Shown here: positions 34,417 to 45,739 of the stretch, piece by piece
Layout of the letters: the number at the start of each line of letters is the position of its first letter
How positions within the stretch are numbered: the first letter of the stretch is position 1
DNA from: Oopsacas minuta
Taxonomy: Eukaryota; Animalia; Porifera
DNA: 64,000 nucleotides
Assembly: GCA_024704765.1 (NCBI GenBank)
Contig: JAKMXF010000133.1
Location: 372,001 to 436,000 of the forward strand
Direction of reading: 5' to 3'
Notes under the pieces: model-generated
What the model saw: only the letters and a program-made list of their open reading frames with translations
Told to the model about the DNA's origin: nothing
Database searches by the model: none
Program-made: the position numbers and the translations under genes

Positions 34417-34683
34417 CAGTGATAGGAAATAGGAGAGAGTAAAACTGGGACACGCTAGATTGGGAGAGACGATAAGGAGAAATGGGGATATTAATCTTAT
34501 CAGGTTGTATCGTGGTTTTAAGCTAATACGCATATAATAACCAGCTATAAACATCAAATAGAATTAATACAGAAGATATATCAGGATAATTTGCGGTATC
34601 TCAATATCTATAAAATAATCAAACAGAATTTTCTACTTCAATCTCAAAAGCTAATTGCCCTATATGGCAAATTCAGACAGATA

Positions 34684-35892
34684 CTACGTAGTAGTCGTAG
34701 CGGGTAGAAGAATATACTTGTTAAAAAGCGCGTATGTAGAGTAGTTGAAATGAACGCCAAATGGACATCTTCCTAGGAAATCATAGCAGAATTTATTGAA
34801 TTGTATTAGAGGTCTGTGTAACCCCGTGTGCATGAAGTATATCAGGTTACAGGGTATCATGGGTGTACAATCCATAAGAAAATCATTTGCATCCATTTCC
34901 TCACCGACATTTGTCACCTTACGATCTGTAGTATAATGTCCTGTAACGAGTTGTGTTATGCGAGCAGCTAGAAGAGAAGGCTGTGTAACGAAACATCTCT
35001 GTTGTCTGAGGCTAGTCATTTGCCGTAGATAATGACCGTATGGAGAGTTTGATATGAGTTCTTGAGTCTCATAAGTCCTCAAGATGAAAGTGTCAAGTTT
35101 TTTGCTAGCTTTGTTCAGGAGAAGGTTCTCTACTGATCTGAGGTATAAGAAATAATCATTTACACTAGATATAGGATTGTGAGCATCTTGTGTAGATTTG
35201 AGAGCAGGCTTGCGGCTTATTGTGTTTTCACAGAGTACGAAAGCACTGCTGACTAGTATAATCCGTCCTATCGTGGATTCGTCTCTGACTGAGTGAGTTA
35301 TGGTATTGACCGGGGCGTCCCATGAGATTCGCTTCTCTAGGTCGCTATTAATCCAATCCTTCATGTGTGATGGAGTAGCAAAGTAGACGAGGGTATCTTC
35401 CCAGCCTGTCTCCCCCTCTGGGAATAGTTTCTGGAGGTGTGTAGCCTCTGTTAGATCAGCTGATACGTAACGTGTTACATTTTGGTGGTACTCATCGGGG
35501 GGAGGGATGCTACGACCAACAACAACGATTTCACATTTGAAACTCTCCAAACTTAACTTCTCAATAATAGAAGTAACACAAGCTTTAGACCAAGAACTCC
35601 CTTGTTCTAGTCCTAGCAGGAATAATCTCCGCTTAGATTCTCCCTCAGTAAACTTAACAGAACCAACAGTAATCACCTTATAAGCGGTCAGCAGTGATAA
35701 TCCTAGTTTTCTCCGTCTATGTTTCAAGTGCAGACGTAGTGAATAGAAAAATACACTGATTAGCAAGACAGCCCATAAGATAGATAGGAATTTACTGTAA
35801 GGCTCCTCTATTTTGCTCTTATCAGCGAGGTAGGTCATACCAGGGTCACAATCTGGCTTAGGTTCATGCACATCATACACTCGAGATGACAT
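34684..35892 (-). CDS. Membrane-anchored extended-SDR (3beta-HSD/NSDHL-like) fold protein with degenerate catalytic motifs, intronless
   Basis: TM helix, then Rossmann-like elements (VVVGR, VSADLT, RIILVSS, TFILR); YxxxK reads YFLYL...E and the glycine-rich motif reads GLEQGSSW. Confidence 0.55.
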   Translation of the reverse strand: MSSRVYDVHEPKPDCDPGMTYLADKSKIEEPYSKFLSILWAVLLISVFFYSLRLHLKHRRRKLGLSLLTAYKVITVGSVKFTEGESKRRLFLLGLEQGSSWSKACVTSIIEKLSLESFKCEIVVVGRSIPPPDEYHQNVTRYVSADLTEATHLQKLFPEGETGWEDTLVYFATPSHMKDWINSDLEKRISWDAPVNTITHSVRDESTIGRIILVSSAFVLCENTISRKPALKSTQDAHNPISSVNDYFLYLRSVENLLLNKASKKLDTFILRTYETQELISNSPYGHYLRQMTSLRQQRCFVTQPSLLAARITQLVTGHYTTDRKVTNVGEEMDANDFLMDCTPMIPCNLIYFMHTGLHRPLIQFNKFCYDFLGRCPFGVHFNYSTYALFNKYILLPATTTT

Positions 35893-36144
35893 TTCTGTTT
35901 GTTTCAAACTCGTAATAATAATAATAATATAAATTTCTTCTAGAACAAATATATATATTTGAGTTTACGTAAATAATCTGCTTACAAAATCTTTGTAAAA
36001 AGTAATTATCTTTTCTCCTAATTTCTTATATAATAGACATTTTGGAAATGTGATTAGGTAGAGGTGTTTATGAACGCTACAAAAGAGATAGACATATAGC
36101 GGATCATTTTCAAGAATAAATTAGTTCGCCTTTCTGGGTTAATC

Positions 36145-36445
36145 CTGCCCCTATAACTTATTAAGAATGCGTCACACGAGGGAGCACCCCTAACTTACAA
36201 TCTGCTGGCTAAGTTTCTGTCACCAAATATTAATCACTGATGAAAATATTTGGAATTTGTAAGGTCAGGAAGCAATCAATGCCCTAAGCTAAAAAACTAA
36301 ATTTCACTCACATTTCTAAGCAAGGTTTTTCAGGACAACATACCCACGCTCTTTGTTACATAGAAGTAAGTTGCCCCTGAAGATACCTTACTTCGGGAAT
36401 AAGTTACTTTGTGACTGTACTTATGAGCTAGATTTATAGGGGCAG
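36145..36445. mobile_element. About 300-bp element with a perfect 12-bp TIR (MITE family C)
   Basis: ctgcccctataa ... ttataggggcag; non-coding interior; only copy in the window. Confidence 0.6.
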
Positions 36446-36798
36446 TATTTACAATTGAATGATCTTCCTCCGAAATATTATCCAATTAGATAATGTTCCT
36501 CAAACATTATATGTGTATGTAAATTCGGGGACAGTTTATTTATCAATATAAATCGTAGTTAACGATATACGTAAATATATATATCACACACTCTTAGACA
36601 TTATTCATTCCATCTCGGATGCCTCGCAGAAGCTCCCAATAGGTGGAATTGTCCCTTTTAGGATAGGCTAGACTGAATTAAGTGTGCTTCTTCTAAATAG
36701 GAATATAGAATCTTCCTTCCCGCAATTTCTTATACCTCAAATTTCTCAAATTTGTTTATTTCTAATTTATTTATTATTTTATTCACTCTTAGTGTGTC

Positions 36799-39700
36799 AT
36801 GGCTTCTGTTAGTGATACACACACATCTCGTCCTTATTCCGAATATTGTACGAGTTATAACGAATCACTGAAAAATATAAAAGACAACATTCTACAAGAA
36901 GGGAGATTGAGTGGTAGAGAGCTACAGCGTTGTCTCCTCCTCAATGGAGTGCCAATGCAAGACTGTCCTACTCCTGATCAGCTGTTACAGAGACTGGGAT
37001 TATCTGGCTTAGCTCAAGCTGATACACCGACAGGAACACTCGAGAGAAAAAACAAAAAACGTTTCTCTACAAAGATTAAAGTTTATAAACCAAAAATATT
37101 CAAATCTAAAGGAGATAAGGTGAATTATTTCTGTAATTATATTGTATTCATATTTTTATAAATATTATTATGCCAGGTAGACACACAAGATACAACAGAA
37201 TTCTTGATAGTACAACTTCTACATTGCTGTTTACAGCTGATATCTCTAGAAGCTACTAACCAGACACCTGTACACGAACCTCTCTCTCCTCACAGCACTT
37301 CACATAGCTTCTCTCCAGGCGAGGAGATGGAAGACTCTCTCAAGAGACTGAATCAGGCTCAAACTGACCTGTTAGGATGGACAGAGGAGAGGGATAAAGC
37401 AAAGGGTAGGGCTGTATACGACAATATTCAAGAAGTCGAACTCTTAAGGAAAGAACTAGCAGAGGTTAAACGCTCTAAAGAGGAGATTGAATTCCGTTAC
37501 AGCGAAATGAGAGATAGGTTTGTTTATAACTAGCATTTGAAGCTTAAACCTGTACAATTGGTTATCATAACAATCTGTATTAACATATAATGAGGGTTTC
37601 ACTTTATAACTCATAAAAATTAATTCTATCAATCACGTGTATAACTACCCTCCTCTATCCTACAGCTATAGACCTGTAGAGACTAAAGAACAGATAGCAC
37701 AACCTCCTCAAACAGACACACTCTCACATTCCTACAGAAGTTCTCAAGAAATTGAAATCCTCAACAAAGACATTCAAATACTGAGACAGGAGAATGAAAA
37801 CATGCAGCATAACATACAGAACGCAGAAGCATATACGTCACATATCGAGGCTAAATATGATGAGCTATGTATCAAGCTAGGTAACTATCAAATGCAATTG
37901 AGTAAGACACTAAATGCTAATCACGATATGTCAGTACAGATAGCTAAGAGCAGTTCTCTCGCAAATCTTACACAGTCTAATCATCCTAACCTCCATCTAT
38001 CTGATCGGTCTTCACAGGGACACACACACCATTCACAAGTTGGTGGTAACAGTAATTCTAGGTACAATACGACGCCAGCTCAGAGGAAACAAGATGACGT
38101 CATGGCACCTGAACTACCCAGCAAAAGAGGTAGTAATCAGTCTCTACATAAAATAGCTGTATCACAGGCTAAACCTGGCAATATGATGGAGAGAAGCAGT
38201 AGTGATAGAGTATTTGATTTCGTACATGATTCACAACAACAAAGATTGATGCAACATCAGAAGGAGAGACACCATGAAGATGGGAGAGGGGGTTATTCAG
38301 AGGAGAAGACAGGAGAGAGAGCTTCTCGTTCTCAGAGATCTGATATTCCTAAATCTGAGAGTTCAGAAGGAAATCTTGTCTCTATACATGGTATGTATAA
38401 GTATGAAAGCAGAGGTGGGTCCAGTCACATGGTGCTAGGCTCCGAAATAGACCCCTCTATATTCCCTCTCTCGATGCCACCTGACCTCAAGAAACAGCTG
38501 ATACATGCTCTAAACCAATGCGGTTCTGTTCAAGACCTAATCCAGACAATTTTCACATTTGGCTACGCCCCGAGTAGTGAATCACACGATATCCTACGGG
38601 GAGACAACCAGTACCTCTCTTCTCAAGTTGAGCGTCTTAAAGCTGAATGCCAGTACCTATCCCACTCTCTACGAGAGAGCAAAGACCTTGCTGATGACCT
38701 CTATTTAACTGTTAAGAAGTACGAGTGTAATAATGAGCTATTGACAAGAGCTATACGTTATGCTGATCAGACAATTGAGGTTAATTGCGCGTTACTGTGT
38801 CTCTATGACAATGAGCATTCTATTATTTCTATTAACCAGCGTTTAGCTGGCCACGAGCCTCTGGACTATGGATTATTCATATCTTCTCAAGCTATTGCAG
38901 ACCTACTAGTAGGATCTGAGCAGTCTTTAGACTTAACATTGAAACAGCTATACGATACCAGACACCAGATAGAACAGAATATACGACAAGTTATATCTAC
39001 ATACGATAGTCATTCAGATATACAGAGATATCTACCTATACCAATCTCACATAGTTCATCTCATGGAAGAATTGGTCACAGAATGAAACGTAGATCAGCT
39101 GGTTCCTCGAGCCCTGGCAACTCTAGTAGAGATCATACTAGCAAGGAGTCCTCTCTAACTTCAGGTCACGGCTCAATGCTATCACTAAGCAGTCAGTACA
39201 ATGAAAGTCAAGACAATGAACTAACTCCAGACGATATAAAGCGTATGCGTAAGTATATAGAAGTATTTAATGGATTGAAAGGTAAAGTGTGTAATCAGCT
39301 GGTCACGATATCATCCGCTTTATTCGTTCAGAGGAATAAGTTCGAAATGAGAGTTAAATCTCCTGAGGTTAGACAAGACACGAAGAAATGTGAACACTGG
39401 TCTGACCTAGAGACAGCTATACACCTACAGGAATTATCAGCTGTCAAGGAGGAGAAAGCCAAACTACAATCCCAAGCATATCTGTTAGAACAGGAAATGC
39501 GTATAATAGAGCATAAACTGTGTGCTGCTAAAGATCACGAAGTACATTCTAAACAGCTAATTGACCAGCTGGACCATGAGTTAACTGAACAAGCTAGAAA
39601 GCGAAAGAAACTTCATAAAGAACTTAAATATTATAAAGAACAGAAACAGGATATGTTTATGCCAGGTGGCCCTGTACATGCTGATCCTGGTATGCATGAG

Positions 39701-40012
39701 AGAATGCTAGAACTAAAGGAGGCAGTAGAGAGGGAGAAATGGATGAGACAGAAATACCATGAGTTGACCAACACATTTGATATGTATATTACCAGGACAC
39801 AGGATAGAAATGATCAGCTGTTATCGTTCGTTAGAGATCTAAAGAAAGCTAATGTTGCTTTAGTTTCTGCTTACGAAAAAGCTAAACGAAAGAACCAGCA
39901 TTTTCATAAGAAACTTTTAACATACGCTACACAGAGAGAAATTGATTCCAGCGAACCGAATACTACTGAGGCGAAACTCCAAGCTTCCAGCAACAAATTT
40001 ACACAATTATAA
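36799..40012 (+). CDS. MCC: Colorectal mutant cancer protein (MCC/USHBP1 family), multi-exon coiled-coil protein
   Basis: VERLKAECQYLSHSLRESKDLADDLYLTVKKYECN...AIRYADQTIE and DLETAIHLQELSAVKEEKAKLQSQAYLLEQE resemble the MCC domains; exons 36799-~37120, ~37178-37515, ~37670-40012. Confidence 0.8.
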
Positions 40013-40388
40013 CTAAGATAGCTTCATATAACACCCAGATACCGATTAAGTTATTTAACAAGTGTGAATTATAGTTTTTATCTAAATACGGTTGAACTCT
40101 TCCTAATTAATAATTAGCTAATAATTCGATTGTATATACGCGTACGAGAAATATATATTTTATGACTGATAATTGTTGAAATGCTATTGATAAACTTTTG
40201 TTATTCTTATCCATTTGTTTGTTTGTTTGTTTGTTTAAAATGATAATTAAATACACATACACACGTGCATTTTCTCCAATTTTAACCGAATACTGCAGAA
40301 AAATTTTAGAGGTCAATAAGCGGAAAAAATTAACTTTATACATTGCTATTTTATATATTTTTCGATCATAATAGTAATTAGAATAATT

Positions 40389-41161
40389 ATGCAAGCAGAT
40401 CCAGAGCAATTGGAGATGCTAGGTAAGAGTCCAGTTCCTCTTCTACCATACTATCTAGCCAAATCTTGTTCTAAGGAATTTGACAGTTATGACAGCTGTC
40501 TAAAGAGGTATGGCAATCCTTTGAAGTGTCAAGATAATGGTAAGAAGGCCTCCAGCTGTTTCTCAGGCTTCTGGCGTAACATGGGAACAGACTGTGCGGG
40601 TACTATAGGCAGAGATGCAACAGATGATAAGGGACAGTTTAAAAGGGAATTTCTGAATACTTTTGATAATTGTTTGAATACAGTCAGTCAAAAGGATAAT
40701 GGTAAATTGCTATCTCACATGTATTACCGTAGTTATCGCTTTTAAGGACCCCTTGGGAGTAGCGAAATATATTCCTATAAGCGATACCGGTTATATTTGA
40801 TTTGTATTTAGGTTCAGAATCCTATACAGAACTGGTAACTCCCCTTGAGAACCTCCCTACTGATCCTAATGACTTACACATGTCATGCTCTTCTATGGGA
40901 TTTATGTTCTCCAGAAGAAGCTGTATTAATAAATTTGAAAGCTACAAGAAGTGTAGAAAGAGTTCTGACGCCATTGGTTGCTCAGATCAGGGCAGAGATT
41001 TGGCTCTTTGTACTTTGAATTATACAAGTGGTGTAGTTAACAGATGTATTGATAATGTTAGTAGTTTTTACACTGCTCAAGGAGGAATTGATAAATCTGC
41101 TTCACCCCCCAATAATCTGGACATACTCTCTCAATTCTACAAATGTTTATCTTCTAATTAG
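40389..41161 (+). CDS. Two tandem NDUFA8-like CX9C domains, 2 exons (40389-40701, 40812-41161)
   Basis: Repeat 1 Cys spacing C9C9C9C11C is identical to NDUFA8; repeat 2 is C9C8C9C11C; G|GT splice joins the two in frame. Confidence 0.7.
40725..40793. repeat. Mini hairpin element in the intron of the NDUFA8-like gene
   Basis: tatcgcttttaagga ... tcctataagcgata arms; core ccccttgggagtagc shared with 22387-22438. Confidence 0.65.
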
Positions 41162-41881
41162 CTATGCGACCTTATAGTTCCTCTACAGATGAGGAAAACG
41201 ATCACTAAATAATTTATTGATATATCAAGTTAGGCATTATATCAAATACAATTTACAATAACTATACTATTAAATTCCACAGTTGAGTGTCTGACGAATA
41301 CCAAGTAAGAAGTGTCATGTTTGTTATCAGGTTAGGTGTCTTTAAATTTATATTTATTCGACTGGATTATCATACGAATTCTGTAATTTGAGATTCACTG
41401 AAAAGTATGCATTTGCAATATTTACTGGACAATTTGTAGTTAGATGAATTTCTATTAATCATGATGTCATAATCATAAATAAACTTTTATTAAAATACAG
41501 CCAGTGTCATATATAGTGAACCCGCTATTATCAACCAAGTCGGTGGTGCCAATAAAATAGGACAGGATGGAGTTAACAGCAAACCATTCCTCACTTATAT
41601 TCCCATGTTAATTAATCAATTTCTGTTTTATTACGCTGTTAATATAGTAAGTATTTCATCAAGATACATACTAGAATCAGAGTAACAATCCCTCCCCGAA
41701 CTTACACATTGTATCGCTGTATGCATAGCTAAATTCTCCATACCTGATACTATTTGAAATTTGCTGTGACCATGATTCAATTGAATACCTGTACAGTGTA
41801 CACATGCTCTTTACACATGACATACATTCACGATAACTATAAATACCTTTTAAATATAAATACTATACGTATTAGAATATA

Positions 41882-44731
41882 ATGGCTACATCGGCTTCAC
41901 TAACTCCAATACTATGTGAAGATGAAGTTGACTTAGACTCTCCTGGTTTTGAGTTGAATAGTATTCGATCTGTTTCTCTCTCCAGTAACACTACAATATC
42001 AGGTCTCCTCAGGAAAGCATCCAATTATAAGGTACACCATCAGGAACAAGCATATCGACAGCATCAATTGATGAAAACATCCTTCTATAAGCCCACACAC
42101 TGTCAGTCTTGTGGAGACATGATATGGGGGATTCACAAGCAGGGATTCAACTGTATGGTATGTAATTTCCGTTGTCACGAGCGTTGCAGAGAGTCAGTGG
42201 TTGTTCCCTGTCTCACCATGAAGCTAGCTGAGCTACGTAAGCCTAATAGTCACTGGTTCAAGTTAATTACACCAAACAAGCGAGTATACTGTAATGTATG
42301 TCGTCATAAGATTACAAGTTCTTGTTTACGCTGTGAAGTGTGTAAATACTATTCACATAGTCAATGCATGCATGAAGCTGTCCTTGACTGTCTTGATTCT
42401 TCTACTCATAACGAATACTCAGGATCTATGCTAGATACAAATCTTAATTCACACCATTGGGTAGAGGGTAATCTCCCTGCTAGTGCTAGATGTACCATAT
42501 GTGATAAATCGTGTGGACATCCAGATTGTCTAATGGATGTGAGATGTGTTAGATGTGGTATACTTGTACACACCTACTGTCTGCCTATAGTTAAAGCAGC
42601 CTGCAATATAGGCCTGCTCAAGAGCATGTTCCTCTCTCCTACAATAGTAACTGTAATGCTTAGAGGAGATGACGCTGTTACACCGATACAAGGGACTAAA
42701 ACAGAGAACAGGTTCTGTCCTAGTCATGAAGTTCCCCCGCTAATAGTGCCAGATGAAGGCTTAGACTCATTACATCTTGATGAGGGTGATACATTAGAGG
42801 CTTCGAGTATTTTTGAAGAAATTGCCTTACCAAATAGACTCATAAAAGTATGGGATTATACACGAGATGATAATCTTAGCGGTAAACAAAGTAAGACGAT
42901 TAAGATATACGAGAATCAGACCGCATCTGACGTAGTGAATATGGTACTTAAGAAGTTCAGATTATTTGGGTACCCTGCAAACTTCTATTTAGTTATCCCT
43001 GCTAGTCCAGAGGATCAGGTCCCAGAGGACGAAGTACTATCTCCTGAAGTACCGATATTCAGTATACCATCTCGCAGAGAGCACATAATAGTACATCTCA
43101 AATTTAAGAAAGACGAGGGGGAGACCTACGCACTCAAGATGTATACAAAGATTAAGTTGGCAGATGCCGAAACTGCAACTATATATATTAAACCAGGGAT
43201 GACAGTACAGACTGTTATAAAAGAGGCTGTCAAAGATTTCCATGTATTGACAGGTACCCTAGCTTTATGTGAGTGTTATATTGACAAGTATTTATGTCAG
43301 GGATCTATATTCCATTTGGAGAGATTGGAGAATGATGAGGATATCTGGGAAGTAACTGCGGAAGATAGGAGAAGTTGTTTTAACAGAGCCCGCTTCACTC
43401 GGTATTTCCTGAAAAAACATTTGAATGAAGAGTTCAATGTAGTTATTACTAATTTACCAGTTTCTAAGACAGAAGAAGAATACAAAGCTATGTTAATCTC
43501 CGAACAGCTACAGGATAAAGTTCAATTGGAAGCAATGATGGATATTCATGGTGTGGTAGTACTCAAATGTGACGGAGATAGGACAGTGGATGATTTATGT
43601 GTTGAGCTGTCTATAGCTAACCAAAAGCCTTGTACTTTAGTACTGCCTACTCTACAGACTACTTCTCTTAAGAATGATATCAAACCGTTGTTAGTGTTTG
43701 TGAATAGTCGCAGTGGAGGGGGGCAGGGTAAGGAGCTTATATCCGGTTTGAGGAGACATTTGAATCCTCATCAGATATTCGATCTCACTCACGGAGGTCC
43801 GTATCCCGGAATATTCACTTTCAGGAATTTCGAACAATTCCGAGTTCTAATTTGCGGGGGAGATGGTACCTATGGGTGGGTGCTTCAGGCGCTAGACGAG
43901 ACACAGACGTGGAGGAAGTGCGCCAAACCAGAATGCGCCCTCCTTCCTCTTGGTACTGGAAACGACCTGGCTAGGGCCTTCGGTTGGGGGGCAGGCTACT
44001 CTGGAGAGAAAGCAGTAGAAGTGTTGTGTAAAATGAACTCGTGTTATCCCATACAATTCGATAGATGGACAATGGTATTTGACAGCAGAAAGAATTCTAT
44101 AGGAGGTACTCTCATGGAGCAGAACAAACTAATTGTAATGAACAATTATTTCGGTATTGGAATTGATGCAGAGGTATCTCTAGCTTTTCACGAGGCTAGA
44201 GAGAAACATCCTGAAAAGTTTAGCAGTAGAATCTACAACAAATTCCAATACGCCAAATTGGGTGCTGAGTTAATGATTGAGAATCAGGCTTACAATTTAC
44301 GTAGAGACCTTGAGATCCAGGTCGATGGTGAGACGATAGATTTCCCCCCAAATATTGTAGGGATTGTCGTACTGAATATAAACAGCTGGGCTGCAGGGGG
44401 CGACGCTTGGGGATGTGCTACAGATCCAAAATTCCAAAACCAAGACATGGGAGACGGGAAATTAGAAGTTGCTGGGGTAACAGGCTCAATTCACATGGTA
44501 CAGATTCAAAAGGGACTGGGTCATGCGATCAGATTAGCACAGGGGGCTCATATTAAGCTCAGTACTAAAGTAGCATTTCCTGTACAAGTGGATGGCGAGC
44601 CTTGGAGACAACCAGCAGGACATATCGCCATATTCCCTCAGATGGAGAAATCTACTCTATTAATGCATGTACCGGAGAGGAGAACTCCTAAGATACAGAA
44701 GAGTGTTAGTGCTGATGTGTATATGGTATAG
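41882..44731 (+). CDS. DGKQ: Diacylglycerol kinase theta (three C1 domains, RA-like region, catalytic and accessory domains), intronless
   Basis: Three C1 fingers (HQLMK..C..C, HWFK..C..C, HHWVEGNLP..C..C); PLLVFVNSRSGG, CGGDGT, PLGTGNDL, MNNYFGIGIDA, QVDGEPW. Confidence 0.95.
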   Translation: MATSASLTPILCEDEVDLDSPGFELNSIRSVSLSSNTTISGLLRKASNYKVHHQEQAYRQHQLMKTSFYKPTHCQSCGDMIWGIHKQGFNCMVCNFRCHERCRESVVVPCLTMKLAELRKPNSHWFKLITPNKRVYCNVCRHKITSSCLRCEVCKYYSHSQCMHEAVLDCLDSSTHNEYSGSMLDTNLNSHHWVEGNLPASARCTICDKSCGHPDCLMDVRCVRCGILVHTYCLPIVKAACNIGLLKSMFLSPTIVTVMLRGDDAVTPIQGTKTENRFCPSHEVPPLIVPDEGLDSLHLDEGDTLEASSIFEEIALPNRLIKVWDYTRDDNLSGKQSKTIKIYENQTASDVVNMVLKKFRLFGYPANFYLVIPASPEDQVPEDEVLSPEVPIFSIPSRREHIIVHLKFKKDEGETYALKMYTKIKLADAETATIYIKPGMTVQTVIKEAVKDFHVLTGTLALCECYIDKYLCQGSIFHLERLENDEDIWEVTAEDRRSCFNRARFTRYFLKKHLNEEFNVVITNLPVSKTEEEYKAMLISEQLQDKVQLEAMMDIHGVVVLKCDGDRTVDDLCVELSIANQKPCTLVLPTLQTTSLKNDIKPLLVFVNSRSGGGQGKELISGLRRHLNPHQIFDLTHGGPYPGIFTFRNFEQFRVLICGGDGTYGWVLQALDETQTWRKCAKPECALLPLGTGNDLARAFGWGAGYSGEKAVEVLCKMNSCYPIQFDRWTMVFDSRKNSIGGTLMEQNKLIVMNNYFGIGIDAEVSLAFHEAREKHPEKFSSRIYNKFQYAKLGAELMIENQAYNLRRDLEIQVDGETIDFPPNIVGIVVLNINSWAAGGDAWGCATDPKFQNQDMGDGKLEVAGVTGSIHMVQIQKGLGHAIRLAQGAHIKLSTKVAFPVQVDGEPWRQPAGHIAIFPQMEKSTLLMHVPERRTPKIQKSVSADVYMV

Positions 44732-44977
44732 GAATTATTAAACAGTTATATTTATACATTAGCCATGACACAGGTTTATAATTATTTTATTTCTAGCTAG
44801 GAAAGATTATTTTCTAGTATTTGTAACTGCATACCAATTGTCCTACTGTGTTATTGTTTCTTCGATCAGTCACTAACATGTTACAGAGATTATTTATCGC
44901 ATCATATTCATATTTTTGTATATTTGCTACGTACATGTCCTTGTGTAATTATTCTGATGTCATATTTAAATCGGGTA

Positions 44978-45130
44978 TAGTCACCTCCACAAACTGTGCC
45001 TGTGGAAACGGGGAACCTCTGGAACCGAGTGAAAATACGTCCCATACAAATGACCTCAACAAACTGGAAATTTGGCAGTAAGGGGAAACAGAGTAGCCTT
45101 TTTCAGTGTTTCTGTGTGTAAGTCTCACAA
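44978..45130. mobile_element. MITE family B copy 3
   Basis: tagtcacctccacaaac...tggaaacggggaacctctggaa...gtcccatacaaatga. Confidence 0.7.
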
Positions 45131-45143
45131 TTTATACCTTAGA

Positions 45144-45200
45144 ACTCGGATAAGACTTTGCCCCCTCGGGAAACCAAAAATAGTACGTCTTAAGCCGAGT
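45144..45200. repeat. Mini hairpin element
   Basis: actcggataagac ... gtcttaagccgagt arms around a gccccctcgggaaacc core. Confidence 0.6.
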
Positions 45201-45268
45201 ACGTGCTAACCGTCTTCCACTGTGTATTATCATGATTATGCAATCAGCTGATTTTCTTAGAATAACAC

Positions 45269-45619
45269 ATGTCATCTGTCAGAGATGTAAACAGAGCAGA
45301 CCTAGAGATGGAAGAAGTACCGGTTACCACAGCACCGTTACAAGCTGCTGCATTTCATTATAAAGCTTATTGTAAAGATATAAATGATACTTTTATCAAT
45401 TGTCGGTATTGGAAGAAAGATCCTAGAAAATGTCTGACTGAAGGGCATGAAGTTTCTAATTGTGCTATTAGATTCTTTAGCTTTGTGAAGACGAATTGTA
45501 ACGATCAATTCATTCCATTCTACAACTGTTTAGACAATGGTAACATGGAATACAAGAATTGTTTGAAGGAACGAAAATTATTTGATAATTGTATGAACGC
45601 AGCTACTAAACCTGAGTAA
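45269..45619 (+). CDS. NDUFA8: Complex I subunit NDUFA8 (quadruple CX9C), 116 aa
   Basis: LQAAAFHY..YC...N..F..CR..KKDPRKCL.EG..V..CA..FF..VK..C resembles human NDUFA8; 8 Cys. Confidence 0.92.
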   Translation: MSSVRDVNRADLEMEEVPVTTAPLQAAAFHYKAYCKDINDTFINCRYWKKDPRKCLTEGHEVSNCAIRFFSFVKTNCNDQFIPFYNCLDNGNMEYKNCLKERKLFDNCMNAATKPE

Positions 45620-45739
45620 TAATATATCTGATTATATCGCATTACTAATACTTATCACTTTATTATCTGTCATATTGTTTTTAGTATCCTTACCGGGCTA
45701 ATTCTGATATCATAATCAGTTACTTAGGGTAATACTAGA

